Shown here: piece by piece, positions 1 to 10,426 of the stretch
How the letters are laid out: each line of letters opens with the position of its first letter
How positions within the stretch are numbered: position 1 is the stretch's first letter
NCBI GenBank assembly: GCA_030595795.1
Contig: JAUVCH010000008.1
Location: forward strand, 3,282 to 67,281
Source: Gammaproteobacteria bacterium
Lineage (GTDB): Bacteria; Pseudomonadota; Gammaproteobacteria; GCA-001735895
Direction of reading: 5' to 3'
DNA: 64,000 nucleotides
The notes under the pieces: generated by a model
The model's input: only the letters and a program-made list of their open reading frames with translations
Told to the model about the DNA's origin: nothing
The model's database searches: none
Program-made: the position numbers and the translations under genes

Positions 1-2416
1 AACCTCCAGCAACTTCGATGGCTCGACCGCTACCGTATACCCATTCCTGTACGTTTCCGACATAATTGACTAGTCCCCAGCTATTTTGTTTTCCCAGACT
101 GAACTTAACGAGGTTACTGCCTTTTTCGAAACCACGGGTACTTAACGCACAATTCCGATTCGGGTCCAGAGTTTTACTACGTGACTTTGCGGCGTGCAAC
201 CATTCGGCCTTGCTGGGCAGGCGGTATTTTTTGCTAGTTTGCTGGCTCAGCCATTTTAAGTAGGCGGTTGCCAGAGTGATCGGAATTTCGACTACCGGTA
301 ACTCTGAATCCTGCTTCAATACAGGACAGCTGCTGGTGGTTTTACAATAGTGGTTTAATTCGGTAACGGAAACTTCGTATCTACCGATAGCAAAGGGCTT
401 TATCCGATTACTAGCCGGAATAACAACCATTTCAGGTCCACTGCCAGCCGATTTAAGTTTATCTTTACAGGTAGCGCGCTTACCTCTCGAGCCGAGACCC
501 GCTAGAGAAAGATCGCAGGGGTCCCTGGATTTTATGATGATGCTACTAATCAAAGCTGAATCAAATAACTTCTGGCTATATTTTTGCGCGTCCCTGGCCC
601 TCTCGGGAAATGACTTACCCACTTGAACAATGCAGGCGGCTAGTGATTTGATAAAGCCATCCTCCATGCTTTCGTATCTCTTAGTATCAAGTTGTTTCAA
701 TTTGCTTATCGCAGTTTCGAAGTTCCGCATATTTAGGTTGGACTGGCATTTCAACTGCTTGTTTAGATTGTCCAACGCTACCTCGAACTGTCTGGCCTGC
801 AACTGTTTTTCAGTTTCCTGTTCTTTTGCATTTGCAGCTTCAAGTTTCTTCTGCTGTTGTGCCGACTGTTGTTCTGCCTGCTTTACCTTCTCTGCATCGG
901 CTGCTTTTTTAGCCGATAATTTTCTACGCTCTGCCGCCCGGATCCGAAGCGCAGTTAATTCTTTTCCAAGCCCATCCAGAGTAGATTCATCGAGCGCATA
1001 ACGCCTGGCGTTTTCGATCAGTTTTTCGGTTTGATTAACTTTTTTGCTTTTCAGCATCGACGTAATTTTTTCTATATACTGTAAAAATATAGCCTGTTTC
1101 TTTTCATCGACCCAGAGATCCTCACCTTTTGTCAGTACCGTGAGATCAGAGATATCTTTCCAGACGGAGTCTTGCCAAATAGTGGAGAATGTAGGGTCCT
1201 CCAGTAAGGTCACCAGGTCTTCTTTATAAAGGTCGATTCTGATTTTTAACTCCAGTTCATTCCTGATATCGAATTCAGAAAATTCAGGTCCCGGCGGAGG
1301 TTCTTTAAAAACCAGAAAATAGGCTGTAATCGCGATTGTAAAAATCAATGCCAGGCCCGTTATCAACCAGTTATACGATTTTATCTTCGGGGATATTCCG
1401 GATTCGAATTCAGCGACTGTAGCTAATCGATCCTCTCGTCTAAACGCAATGGCTTTTTCGATTGCCTGCCATTGGAATTTTTTAATGTGAGCAATACGAG
1501 TCGGCCTTAAGCCCTGCCGTTCGGCTTCGTCGGCTGGCACTTTGTTATACGGGTGCTGTCCGGTCAACATTTCGTAGGCGACACAGCCCAGCGCGTAAAT
1601 GTCATCGCGCACATCGGGTTCATGTCCTTCGAGCATTTCCAGGCTGGCATAAGCGGGCGTTAGGGCGCCAAGATTACCCGCATCAAATAGGGTCTGGTCG
1701 TTCGGGCTATCTTCAAGATGTTCAACCTGAGCGACCGCCCTGGCGATACCAAAATCGAAGACCTTGGCCAGGCCTTTGACCGTGACGAACACGTTTCCGG
1801 GCTTAAAATCTGAGTGGATTATGCGTTCGGAGTGCGCGTGTATTAAAGCAGCAGACATGCCGTGAACTATTTCCCAGACATCGTCTGTCGGTAACCCAGT
1901 CGACCGATAACGGGCTATCAATTCGTCCAGAGGATCACCATCGAGAAATTCCATGGTCATAAAAACCGTTTCACCATCTCGATCGAAATCGTATACATTC
2001 ACAATATTGGGATGCGCGATGCGTTGCGATTTACGCGATTCACGCTGCAATGAGATAAACGCTTCGGGATGAGTCTTGAATTCGTCGCTTAAGACTTTAA
2101 TCGCAACATAGGGGTCGCGATCCTGAGCCTCGACTTTGAGAAGATCTCGGGCTTTGTAGACAATTCCCATACCACCTGTGCCGAGTACACCTTCAAGCAC
2201 AAAGCGCTCCTTCAAAATATGATCCTGTGCCTGTCCCACAGGGAGCGAGCCGGTATCTTTTGGCGCAATTCGTGTTTTATCAACTTCGGCTGTCTGACTT
2301 TTTTCTGGCCTGGCTATCCGGGTTTTATCCTTTGCCTTTCGGGGAGCTATCCTCGTGGCATCTCTTTTAACGGCCGGTGACTTAATCCGAGTCTTGTTCG
2401 AATCTTTATCATTCAT
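1..2416 (-). CDS. ppkA: Ser/Thr protein kinase PpkA (T6SS threonine-phosphorylation pathway); N-terminal Hanks kinase domain, one transmembrane segment, coiled coil, C-terminal FGE/SUMF1-like domain. 5'-partial: runs off the window start.
   Basis: Minus-strand frame is open from the ATG at 2416-2414 down to position 1. By-eye translation shows a kinase catalytic loop IIHSDFKPGNVFV and DFGIA. A hydrophobic helix lies near 1320-1390. A Q/E/K-rich coiled coil spans 750-1100. FGE-sulfatase motifs (MVVIPA..., YRLPSKAEW, GNVQEWV) lie in 1-650. The start overlaps the pppA stop in ATGA. Confidence 0.75.
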   Translation of the reverse strand, partial: MNDKDSNKTRIKSPAVKRDATRIAPRKAKDKTRIARPEKSQTAEVDKTRIAPKDTGSLPVGQAQDHILKERFVLEGVLGTGGMGIVYKARDLLKVEAQDRDPYVAIKVLSDEFKTHPEAFISLQRESRKSQRIAHPNIVNVYDFDRDGETVFMTMEFLDGDPLDELIARYRSTGLPTDDVWEIVHGMSAALIHAHSERIIHSDFKPGNVFVTVKGLAKVFDFGIARAVAQVEHLEDSPNDQTLFDAGNLGALTPAYASLEMLEGHEPDVRDDIYALGCVAYEMLTGQHPYNKVPADEAERQGLRPTRIAHIKKFQWQAIEKAIAFRREDRLATVAEFESGISPKIKSYNWLITGLALIFTIAITAYFLVFKEPPPGPEFSEFDIRNELELKIRIDLYKEDLVTLLEDPTFSTIWQDSVWKDISDLTVLTKGEDLWVDEKKQAIFLQYIEKITSMLKSKKVNQTEKLIENARRYALDESTLDGLGKELTALRIRAAERRKLSAKKAADAEKVKQAEQQSAQQQKKLEAANAKEQETEKQLQARQFEVALDNLNKQLKCQSNLNMRNFETAISKLKQLDTKRYESMEDGFIKSLAACIVQVGKSFPERARDAQKYSQKLFDSALISSIIIKSRDPCDLSLAGLGSRGKRATCKDKLKSAGSGPEMVVIPASNRIKPFAIGRYEVSVTELNHYCKTTSSCPVLKQDSELPVVEIPITLATAYLKWLSQQTSKKYRLPSKAEWLHAAKSRSKTLDPNRNCALSTRGFEKGSNLVKFSLGKQNSWGLVNYVGNVQEWVYGSGRAIEVAGG

Positions 2417-3207
2417 GCGCCAGACTCACTTACCGGCCCAGGCCCAGGTACACGTGAATTTGAACCTTGCTCACCCTTCACCAGGATAACTGAGACGTTA
2501 TCATTGGCACCCCGATCTAACGCTAGTTGCAGCAGACTTTGCTTCGCCTGCTCGATCGGTAAACTGGCCAGAGTATTAGCAAGTTCGTCCTTTCTAACCA
2601 TGTTATAAAGGCCGTCGCTACAAAGCAGAAAGATATCCCCTAGCTGCGTACTGAATACATTTATGTCGATGTAAAGTTCATTATGGACGCCTATCGCCCG
2701 GGTAATGACATTTGAGTCTGGATGGTTTTCTGCCTGCTCAGGCGTAATATATCCCTGTTGCATTTGCTCTTCTATCTGACTGTGATCCCTCGATAACTGC
2801 AATAACTGACGATTTCGAAGCCGGTACAGGCGCGAATCTCCAACCCAAAGGCAGATACCTACCCGACCTTTGATTGCCAGAGACACAATCGTACTCCCCA
2901 GCATTCTGCCATCGAGCATGATATCGGCGTACTCCAGAATCCGATGGTTTACGTCGATCAAACAATCTTCAATGTGATTGACGACCTGATTCAAAGTCCC
3001 TTCCGAATTATAGTCCTGTAAGGTCGCAACAATCATGTTGCTGGCAATATTTCCGGCTTCATATCCACCCATTCCATCGGCGACGGCCCAGAATTGCAAT
3101 TGCGGTGCGGACAGAACCGAGTCTTCGTTAATTTCCCGAACCATGCCGACGTTAGTATCATGCACTGACTTCCAGATAACCGGTCTTCTGACAGTGATGT
3201 CTTTCAT
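2413..3207 (-). CDS. pppA: PP2C-family Ser/Thr phosphatase PppA
   Basis: 264 aa with PP2C motifs (ADGMGG, GSTIV, CSDGL). Sits between tagF and ppkA as in T6SS threonine-phosphorylation loci. Confidence 0.85.
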   Translation of the reverse strand: MKDITVRRPVIWKSVHDTNVGMVREINEDSVLSAPQLQFWAVADGMGGYEAGNIASNMIVATLQDYNSEGTLNQVVNHIEDCLIDVNHRILEYADIMLDGRMLGSTIVSLAIKGRVGICLWVGDSRLYRLRNRQLLQLSRDHSQIEEQMQQGYITPEQAENHPDSNVITRAIGVHNELYIDINVFSTQLGDIFLLCSDGLYNMVRKDELANTLASLPIEQAKQSLLQLALDRGANDNVSVILVKGEQGSNSRVPGPGPVSESGA

Positions 3208-3232
3208 TATTTCTAGTCCAGCCCCGGGCCGA

Positions 3233-3958
3233 TCAGGATTTCAGGTTATAAGGGATTTTCCAGTTTCGGAGTTGCCACTGCCCATCGAGCATCGATGCTA
3301 ATCCTGAAATCGGAGGTAACCCCTGAGAGCAAAACATGAGCGGTGAGACGACTTCCGAGCCTTCAGTCTGCCAAACACTAAAGCTACTGAAACCGGCACT
3401 TAAGGCAGCATCTAACGCATAAGATACACCTACGCCAACGGCTCCCTGGTCGCCATCTGGTAACCCAAGAATAAAGGCACCATTATCACCTAAATTCGAG
3501 GTTGGCAGGTAAGAATCGTGGGCCGTCAGATTAATCTCGTCGATGCTGGAAACCAGCTCATCGACATCGATCTGGCCATCAAGTGCTAGCAAACAGGAGG
3601 CTTCGATCTGTTCATACCACTCAGCCTGCGAAACAAAAAAGTAAACCGGTGAAGCCTCTGCTGGTATGGGTCTGGCTAAACTAATTGGAAAATAACGACC
3701 GACTCTGTCGACGCTTGGCATAATAATTCCTGCCCATTTATTGTCGTCGATAACGCCACTCGAAAGTACAAATCGCCAGATGGGACTGGTGAGGTAAATG
3801 TCTAGCCACTGCTCACCTAACTGTTCTCTGGAAACGGATACGTAATGTTGTAACCACTCATCCCAGGGATCCATGAATGACGCCTGCAGATTTCGAGAAA
3901 CAAAATCTCCATAGGCTGGCAGTTTCCCATACACTCCGGTTCGACCCGCATCAACCAT
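3233..3958 (-). CDS. tagF: T6SS-associated TagF (DUF2094/ImpM family)
   Basis: 241 aa; N-terminal GVYGKLPAYGDFVSR matches the TagF signature (GxxGKLPxxGDF). Lies immediately downstream of tssM. Confidence 0.8.
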   Translation of the reverse strand: MVDAGRTGVYGKLPAYGDFVSRNLQASFMDPWDEWLQHYVSVSREQLGEQWLDIYLTSPIWRFVLSSGVIDDNKWAGIIMPSVDRVGRYFPISLARPIPAEASPVYFFVSQAEWYEQIEASCLLALDGQIDVDELVSSIDEINLTAHDSYLPTSNLGDNGAFILGLPDGDQGAVGVGVSYALDAALSAGFSSFSVWQTEGSEVVSPLMFCSQGLPPISGLASMLDGQWQLRNWKIPYNLKS

Positions 3959-6900
3959 TTAGATGCGCTCCGGTGCTTTGAATACACCGAGTAAATTCTG
4001 ATTAAACGGGTTGTTAACACTACGGGCTTTTATCAAAAACTTCATCGTATGGCGAGTTGACGAACCGCTACTCTCGTCGACGCTGTATTCGATCAAATAA
4101 ACATTAGATTGCTTGGTTTCAGAAATTCTGGAATCGTCGAGCAATCTCAGCCAGGCCCAGGGGCCTTCGAACGATTTCTCGTAGCGGTCACCATCGAGGT
4201 CTTCAAACACCAGCCTGACTCGGCTGTTATCGTCTTCGACCGACCAGTTCAGATCTTTCCAAAACTTGGGACCATGGTTGTAATCGATGCGTTGTTCACC
4301 GACATCGAGCCAGAAACGAGCGTCGATTTTATTAAGGCGATCAGGTTTCAATTGTAGCGAAATACCCGGCACCTCGGCATTTTTTCTAAAGAAAATGCTC
4401 TTAATAGCCTGTGCTCTTTTTAGCTGCGCCAATGATTTCTTGCCAAACCCCAATGAGCGCCTGTCCACTGATTTGTTATTCCATTTCTTGTTTGAGCGGA
4501 TAAACGGCTTAATATATTTTATAAAAAAGATATCAACCTTTCCGCCTGGCTTGAAAAAATCACTAAAATCGAGCTGAGCTAGTTCATTTTTAGACTTGCG
4601 TGATAACGGGTAACGGCCAGCTAATGCCTCGCGATAAAAACCATAGACCTGATTCTTCCACTCAACGTTGATGTGCCGACGCGCCGACGAAAGAATCACT
4701 TTCCAGCTTTGGTCTGACAACGTGGACAACCATCGCTTTACCGACGGAGGTTGTTTTGATGCAAATTTCTGCAGGCTGGTAATCGCATTTCCTGAGCCCT
4801 GTTTATAGCGGGCGAGCGCAATTTCGAAAGCTTTTTTATCGGCATCGGGCGATACCGTAATTTCGTCCATAAATTCTTTCAGTTGGGTAAGCTTCTGTTC
4901 GATAGCGGTGATTGGTGCGGGCTTTTGTTTGCCTTCCCTGAGTAATACGCTGAACGACCTGAAGTGCTGGTCGACTGGTGTGCCTTTAAATTTCCCGGCC
5001 AATTTCGCGGTTACTTTTGCGGCACCGCTACCATCGTCCTGATCATCATTCAGATTTTGCATGACCGGCGAAGTGAGTTGTGTATTTTCGGTGGTGACCT
5101 GCAAGATAGCCTGTAACGGGGAGTAAACCGGGTCGACAAATTTTGACAATACCTCCGCAGCCTGATCTACCGATTTAAACTCGGCAACATCGAGTACTTT
5201 CAGTACCACCGTCCAGTGTTTGATAAACTCAGCAAAATATAAATTTTCCACCTTGCCGCTTATTTCTTCCAGATCGTCTTTGACGAAGTCAACTTTTTGT
5301 TCATTGTCATCGGACAACACCCAGCGTTCATTGACGATATCCGCAATCACCGGCGAACTGGTGGAAAAGTCGAGGTTATCATAGCCCTCTTTGGTAAACA
5401 TGAATGGCACCTGTAGGCGATCTTCAATTTCGGCATTAGAACGGTAAACTTCACGCACCGACTCACCGAACAGGTTCAGTAAATTCACCTTTTCTCGATT
5501 TTCACTCCGAGTCCGAATGCGACTATAGATTCGCTGATGTACCGGCACCCGCAATAGCAATTTTCGCGTCTGCTTCACCAGCTTTGGATTTAGCGACTGC
5601 TCCTGAATTTCGAGGTTTAACAACTCTTCGAGATGTTGCTCCAGGGCCTGCCGCTGGCTCGCTTCGCCCTGCATGTTTATTTTCCAGTCATCCTTAAACC
5701 AGTCGATAACCAGCTTTCGATCCATATTTTCTATTTTATTAAACATCAAATAAGTTCGGAAATTATGATAGAGATCGCCACCTTTATGCCCTTTACTGAT
5801 TCTCTCTTCCAGATAGGCAAGTAACTTGGGCAACATGAGTTCGAGTAATTGCGCCTGATAGGCATCGTCGGCCGCACTATCGACGTTGCCGTCGTATAAA
5901 CCAAACCCGTTAAGCCACGGGTGCTGATCCTGGTCATAGACAATACTCGCTCTGGCGAGGGCGTTTAAGGAGGGAATAACGGAGCGGATATCTTTATTCC
6001 AGTCCTTTAGTCGAGCATTTTCGCTCTCGTATTCGGAAACATAGCGGTCGACTTCGAGCATAAAATTATCGTGACGGCTCAAACTGCCAAACCAGGCTGC
6101 GAGCAACCCACCAGCTGTCAGTAGCAGTGCAACATAGCCTACTCGTCGCCCCCATTTGAGCAGCGTCTCGTATTTACGATTCAATCCGACTAATTCCGAT
6201 TCGGGAAATATGACTTCGCGAAACAGGTTACCCAGGAAAAAACTTTTGCCTTGAGCTTGCTGGATATGCGCTTGCTGATCAAAACCAAAATTGGCCGCGA
6301 CCGCACTCATCATACGGTCTATTGGCGTACCATCCTGAGTACCACTGGTAAAATAAACACCGCGCAGATAGGGTTGGTACTCGTATCGGTTTTTGACAAA
6401 AGTCTGTTTCACGAAAGACTCAACAATCGTCTTAATATTTTCCAACTGCTGCGGAAATCCCTGTATCAGTGCTCGGCGTTTAACATCGCGTTCCTGATGA
6501 ACCCGCGATAATTCCCTGGAATATAGCCGGTTAACTAGTTGATTAAGTTCGGATTCAAAATAGTCAAAGTCCGGGCTTTGCGACGGGTCTCCTGCATTTG
6601 GCAGACTGATGCCCCATACCTGCTCTCGATCTTCTTTGGATAAATCTTCGAAGTATTCCGTAAATCCCGAAATCAGGTCGGTTTTAGTTAAAATCAGGTA
6701 AAGTGGAAAACGCACTTCGAGTTTCTGCATTAACTCGTCGACACGGGTTCGAATAATTTTTGCGTGCTGGTTTCTTTCCTGCTCGGTCTGAAACAGTAAA
6801 TCCTGCATACTGATGGCAACTAGCACGCCATTCACCGGCCTGCGTCTACGATTCTTTTTCAGTAACGACAGGAATGCTTCCCAGGCGCTGCTATCGACGA

Positions 6901-7516
6901 GCTTGTGGCTATCCTGAGTGGTATAGCGACCCGCAGTATCGATAAGCACGGCCTCATTAGTAAACCACCAGTCACAATTACGGGTACCACCAACACCCTG
7001 CAATGCCGCTTTACCGAATTGCTCGGCGAGTGGGAATTCCAGGCTGGAATTTACCAGCGCCGTCGTTTTACCCGATCCAGGTGGCCCGATTATTATGTAC
7101 CAGGGCAGTTCGTATAAGGCCCTGGATCCAGACATAGAATTGCCCTTGCCTTTGAACTTCAGTTTCGACAAGGTAGCTATGGCATCGTTAAAGCGCTGAT
7201 TTAGGAGCTGAGATTCTTCAGATTTTTGATCACCAGCCAGCTCTTCGTTTTGTAGTTCCTGATTCTTTTCAAGATCTTCTACCAGATTCTGGTTATTGCC
7301 TTTATGCGAGAGTTGAATGCGCAAATTATTCAGCCCCCAAAGTACTAATAGAATGATAATGGCGATGAGACGAGAAAAATCGCTTTCTAAAGGTGCGGTA
7401 TTGCTTTCGCCGAATTTAATATGCGGACCGACAAACCAGATGATTACTGACAGTGCAATTAAGCCTATGAGTGAAATGACTATTCTGTTCGTGAAAAAGC
7501 TAATAATTTTTTTCAT
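3959..7516 (-). CDS. tssM: T6SS membrane-complex protein TssM (IcmF)
   Basis: About 1185 aa; N-terminal transmembrane helices, Walker A GPPGSGKTT, IcmF-like length. The ORF track starts at a TTG (7549) overlapping tssL. The ATG at 7516 (MKKIISFF...) directly follows the tssL stop and is preferred. Confidence 0.85.
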   Translation of the reverse strand: MKKIISFFTNRIVISLIGLIALSVIIWFVGPHIKFGESNTAPLESDFSRLIAIIILLVLWGLNNLRIQLSHKGNNQNLVEDLEKNQELQNEELAGDQKSEESQLLNQRFNDAIATLSKLKFKGKGNSMSGSRALYELPWYIIIGPPGSGKTTALVNSSLEFPLAEQFGKAALQGVGGTRNCDWWFTNEAVLIDTAGRYTTQDSHKLVDSSAWEAFLSLLKKNRRRRPVNGVLVAISMQDLLFQTEQERNQHAKIIRTRVDELMQKLEVRFPLYLILTKTDLISGFTEYFEDLSKEDREQVWGISLPNAGDPSQSPDFDYFESELNQLVNRLYSRELSRVHQERDVKRRALIQGFPQQLENIKTIVESFVKQTFVKNRYEYQPYLRGVYFTSGTQDGTPIDRMMSAVAANFGFDQQAHIQQAQGKSFFLGNLFREVIFPESELVGLNRKYETLLKWGRRVGYVALLLTAGGLLAAWFGSLSRHDNFMLEVDRYVSEYESENARLKDWNKDIRSVIPSLNALARASIVYDQDQHPWLNGFGLYDGNVDSAADDAYQAQLLELMLPKLLAYLEERISKGHKGGDLYHNFRTYLMFNKIENMDRKLVIDWFKDDWKINMQGEASQRQALEQHLEELLNLEIQEQSLNPKLVKQTRKLLLRVPVHQRIYSRIRTRSENREKVNLLNLFGESVREVYRSNAEIEDRLQVPFMFTKEGYDNLDFSTSSPVIADIVNERWVLSDDNEQKVDFVKDDLEEISGKVENLYFAEFIKHWTVVLKVLDVAEFKSVDQAAEVLSKFVDPVYSPLQAILQVTTENTQLTSPVMQNLNDDQDDGSGAAKVTAKLAGKFKGTPVDQHFRSFSVLLREGKQKPAPITAIEQKLTQLKEFMDEITVSPDADKKAFEIALARYKQGSGNAITSLQKFASKQPPSVKRWLSTLSDQSWKVILSSARRHINVEWKNQVYGFYREALAGRYPLSRKSKNELAQLDFSDFFKPGGKVDIFFIKYIKPFIRSNKKWNNKSVDRRSLGFGKKSLAQLKRAQAIKSIFFRKNAEVPGISLQLKPDRLNKIDARFWLDVGEQRIDYNHGPKFWKDLNWSVEDDNSRVRLVFEDLDGDRYEKSFEGPWAWLRLLDDSRISETKQSNVYLIEYSVDESSGSSTRHTMKFLIKARSVNNPFNQNLLGVFKAPERI

Positions 7517-7517
7517 A

Positions 7518-8486
7518 CTATTTATTCGAAATTTCTTCGAGTTTGGCAATCACCGGAGTCGATGACTCAAGCATCCAGACACGAAATCCCGAATAACTTA
7601 AAAACAGCACGGCGGCCAACACACTGGCAACCACCCAGAACGGTATATAGCTGGTGAGTGAATTACGGGTATTACCCAATCCTCGCCAGTTCGGTGATAG
7701 CGAGCGTTCGAACTCGCCTCTTTGCCGTCGAATGATGTTGTACAGTTCGTCGCGTAACTGTTCGATCATATCGCGCCCACGATTGATAACCCGATATTTA
7801 CCTTCAAAGCCGAGACTTAAAAAGAGATAAAGCAATTCGAGCAGGTCGATATTCTCGGCCGGGTATTCCCTCATACGATCCAGGATCAGGAAAAATTTTT
7901 CACCACCCGCTGTTTCGTTGTGGAACACACTTAGTAGAGACCTCTGAGACCAGCCAGATTCGGTACCCCAGGGGGTATTTAACACGGCTTCATCCATAGC
8001 CGTGCAAACGCAGTAACGAGCCGATAGAACAACCTCCGGTTTAACCCCGAGCTCCTTCAGTTTATTTTCGAATAACCTGATTTCATTCGTTAAACCCTGG
8101 TGTAAACCACCGACATCGGTATGTGACATCGACTGGTGGGTTTTCTCGAATACTGCGATTAAGGTCGATGCGGCATTCACAATCGGATTTAATCCACTGC
8201 GGGTTTCGAAATAAGCCTGACCAGTAGTCTGGGGCTCCATATTGGGCTGAAATTGCACATTGGCCTGAGGCTGAACGGGCTGCGGCTGCTGGGGTTGATA
8301 GGCAGGTTGGGATGGTTGAGCTTGTGGCGGTGTTAGCGGGGGAGCTGGCGGAGGAGATGGCGCATCTATTTTAGCGGGCTCGGCGCGTGCAGCGCCACGA
8401 CCACCAGGTGCTGGTCTGATCACGGTTCGATCAGGATTTCCAGTTGGCTGTCTGAATACTGTTTTATCGCGATTATCCGTTGACAT
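7518..8486 (-). CDS. tssL: T6SS TssL (DotU family) with a roughly 95-aa Pro/Gln-rich N-terminal extension
   Basis: 322 aa; DotU core motifs (ELLYLFLSLGFEGKYR), C-terminal transmembrane helix, low-complexity PPPAPPLTPPQAQPSQP N-terminus. Confidence 0.8.
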   Translation of the reverse strand: MSTDNRDKTVFRQPTGNPDRTVIRPAPGGRGAARAEPAKIDAPSPPPAPPLTPPQAQPSQPAYQPQQPQPVQPQANVQFQPNMEPQTTGQAYFETRSGLNPIVNAASTLIAVFEKTHQSMSHTDVGGLHQGLTNEIRLFENKLKELGVKPEVVLSARYCVCTAMDEAVLNTPWGTESGWSQRSLLSVFHNETAGGEKFFLILDRMREYPAENIDLLELLYLFLSLGFEGKYRVINRGRDMIEQLRDELYNIIRRQRGEFERSLSPNWRGLGNTRNSLTSYIPFWVVASVLAAVLFLSYSGFRVWMLESSTPVIAKLEEISNK

Positions 8487-8535
8487 TATTTGCTCCGATA
8501 CTGATTTTATCGATGGTTTTCAGGGATTCACAGAG

Positions 8536-9870
8536 CTACTGTCGGATAGCCCAGAACTCTAGCACCAGCCCAGGGAAATCTCCGCCCACGTGTATTGCAA
8601 AACCACCGGAATGCTTCAGTTCATTCCAGAACTCGCTCTGCGGTTCTAATTCAAAATAAGCATAACCCGAGTGAAAAGGGATCTGCCGAGGTGCGACCGG
8701 TAGCGCTTTTAAACCGATACCCGGCATCGCCGCATTAACCAGTTGCCTGATACGCTCTACAGGACCTATTTTAACCTGTGCAGGCAAATGATTACGTATC
8801 GATTCTTCCGGTAAATCTGCCTTGGCAGCCAGCACAAAAGTAGCACTACCGATGAGTGATCGGTCGACTATTTCCGCCACTCTAATACCGTATTTTTTAT
8901 CGACCAGTTCCAGACTAATCGCAGTTTGCTCCTGCACGGTGCTAAAACTGTTGCGTAAACTATTCACCACCGGCACAAAAGTCGACTCAAGGTCATCGTG
9001 CAGGTAGCCGGGAAATACTTCGGTACGTTTACTACTAGCAGTGAAAGTCGATAACTCACCTACCATTTGCACTATCTGGGCAAATAGATCCACTGGATGG
9101 AGACCATTAATATGCGCCATATGTCGCATCCGAGGTTCTATCCGGTTAATCAATTGCAGCAACATATAATCTGCCACTTCAGCGGTGCCACCCTGATTAA
9201 CATCTGCCAGCCGTCCAGCTATCGCTTCAGCGCGACTATGCAGCAGACCAATAATCTCAGTCAGATAGCCCACAATTACGGGGGATTTATTACAATCCAG
9301 GCAGGTTGGGATATAGGCATCATCGATAGTGATGTTTTTATCATCGCGGATTTCCGAAATTTTCAATAATCCGATGCAGACATAACCGCTCAAGTCATCC
9401 GATGTCAGTAGCAGTCGTAGGTTTAACCGCCCGACATCGATATTAATACTATCCGCAGAGTCACTGGTGACGTCACGAATTTCCTGCTCTTTTTGTACAT
9501 AGCGCGCCAGACTCTGAGTGTTGTCATTGATAGCAACATCTTTTGCGCCCTGTCGTCTAACCGGCAGACAGAGATAAAGGATCACATTCTGAGTATTTTC
9601 CGGTATATCGATGACTGCTGGCGGCTCGTCGATATCGGGGAAATTAAATGGAGTGCCGTCTGGCAAAATTCCCTGCGCGCTGACCAGCGATACCTTACCG
9701 AGGCCGAGCAGCTTTTGATCGATCTGAAATTCCCGAATACCCCAGCTATAAGCACCCTGGGCGGAGAATTTTCCATTCACCAGTCCTTCGATATAACGTT
9801 CCTGCTGTTGAAAATGCTGGGGGTTGAGGAACATGCCCTCCGACCAGACTACCTTACTTTCTAATGACAT
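8536..9870 (-). CDS. tssK: T6SS baseplate protein TssK
   Basis: 444 aa; canonical N-terminus MSLESKVVWSEGMFLNPQHFQQQERY. Confidence 0.9.
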   Translation of the reverse strand: MSLESKVVWSEGMFLNPQHFQQQERYIEGLVNGKFSAQGAYSWGIREFQIDQKLLGLGKVSLVSAQGILPDGTPFNFPDIDEPPAVIDIPENTQNVILYLCLPVRRQGAKDVAINDNTQSLARYVQKEQEIRDVTSDSADSINIDVGRLNLRLLLTSDDLSGYVCIGLLKISEIRDDKNITIDDAYIPTCLDCNKSPVIVGYLTEIIGLLHSRAEAIAGRLADVNQGGTAEVADYMLLQLINRIEPRMRHMAHINGLHPVDLFAQIVQMVGELSTFTASSKRTEVFPGYLHDDLESTFVPVVNSLRNSFSTVQEQTAISLELVDKKYGIRVAEIVDRSLIGSATFVLAAKADLPEESIRNHLPAQVKIGPVERIRQLVNAAMPGIGLKALPVAPRQIPFHSGYAYFELEPQSEFWNELKHSGGFAIHVGGDFPGLVLEFWAIRQ

Positions 9871-9888
9871 ATGCTTTTTTATCCGTGA

Positions 9889-10395
9889 TTAATTGCTCGC
9901 ATCATTCAACAATATCTCATTACCCGATATTCGAATTACCGCCGAATTTCTAAAGACATTATTGGTCACTACCGGAATGACGAGTTTGAACTTCGATTCC
10001 TTAAAATCCAGAAATTCGGCATAGAGGGCAACATATTTAGTTTTTTGATCGAGTACGAATAGTTCGATCCGGTTTTCACCCGGCTTAAAACGATTCAGTC
10101 GCTGTACTTCGCCAACCAGATCAGCACCGAGGGTTTTCTTATCCTGCTCATACAAATCGATGAAATCAGCCTTGTCGATCATGCTGGACGATTTGAGCTG
10201 ATACATTCGCAGGAATAATGGGGAACCGACGCCTTGTTCGTCGGGATTAATACCCGCTTCGACAATAAACTCCATTTTTAAATCGGTATCGAGATTAAAA
10301 TACCCACCCACCAGGCTTTTATCAGATTGACAGCCTGCTAAACCATTTAGCAATGCAATCAACAATATCCACTTAAACTGCTTTCTTATTTCCAT
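9889..10395 (-). CDS. tssJ: T6SS outer-membrane lipoprotein TssJ (SciN)
   Basis: 168 aa; signal peptide with lipobox LAGC; size and position between tssK and tagH. Confidence 0.75.
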   Translation of the reverse strand: MEIRKQFKWILLIALLNGLAGCQSDKSLVGGYFNLDTDLKMEFIVEAGINPDEQGVGSPLFLRMYQLKSSSMIDKADFIDLYEQDKKTLGADLVGEVQRLNRFKPGENRIELFVLDQKTKYVALYAEFLDFKESKFKLVIPVVTNNVFRNSAVIRISGNEILLNDASN

Positions 10396-10426
10396 TTCAC
10401 ACCTTCCGCCTGGATTATGAAGTATC

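Noticed and set aside
630-1229. Plus-strand ORFs (123 aa and 61 aa) rich in Ser/Ala/Cys
   Set aside because: They are antisense to the coiled-coil-encoding part of ppkA. Their composition is the mirror image of the Q/E/K repeat, and they lack any start context.
3959-7549. TTG start at 7549 for tssM, overlapping tssL by 32 nt
   Set aside because: An ATG at 7516 directly after the tssL stop gives the usual coupled arrangement. The TTG extension adds 11 residues with no supporting signal.
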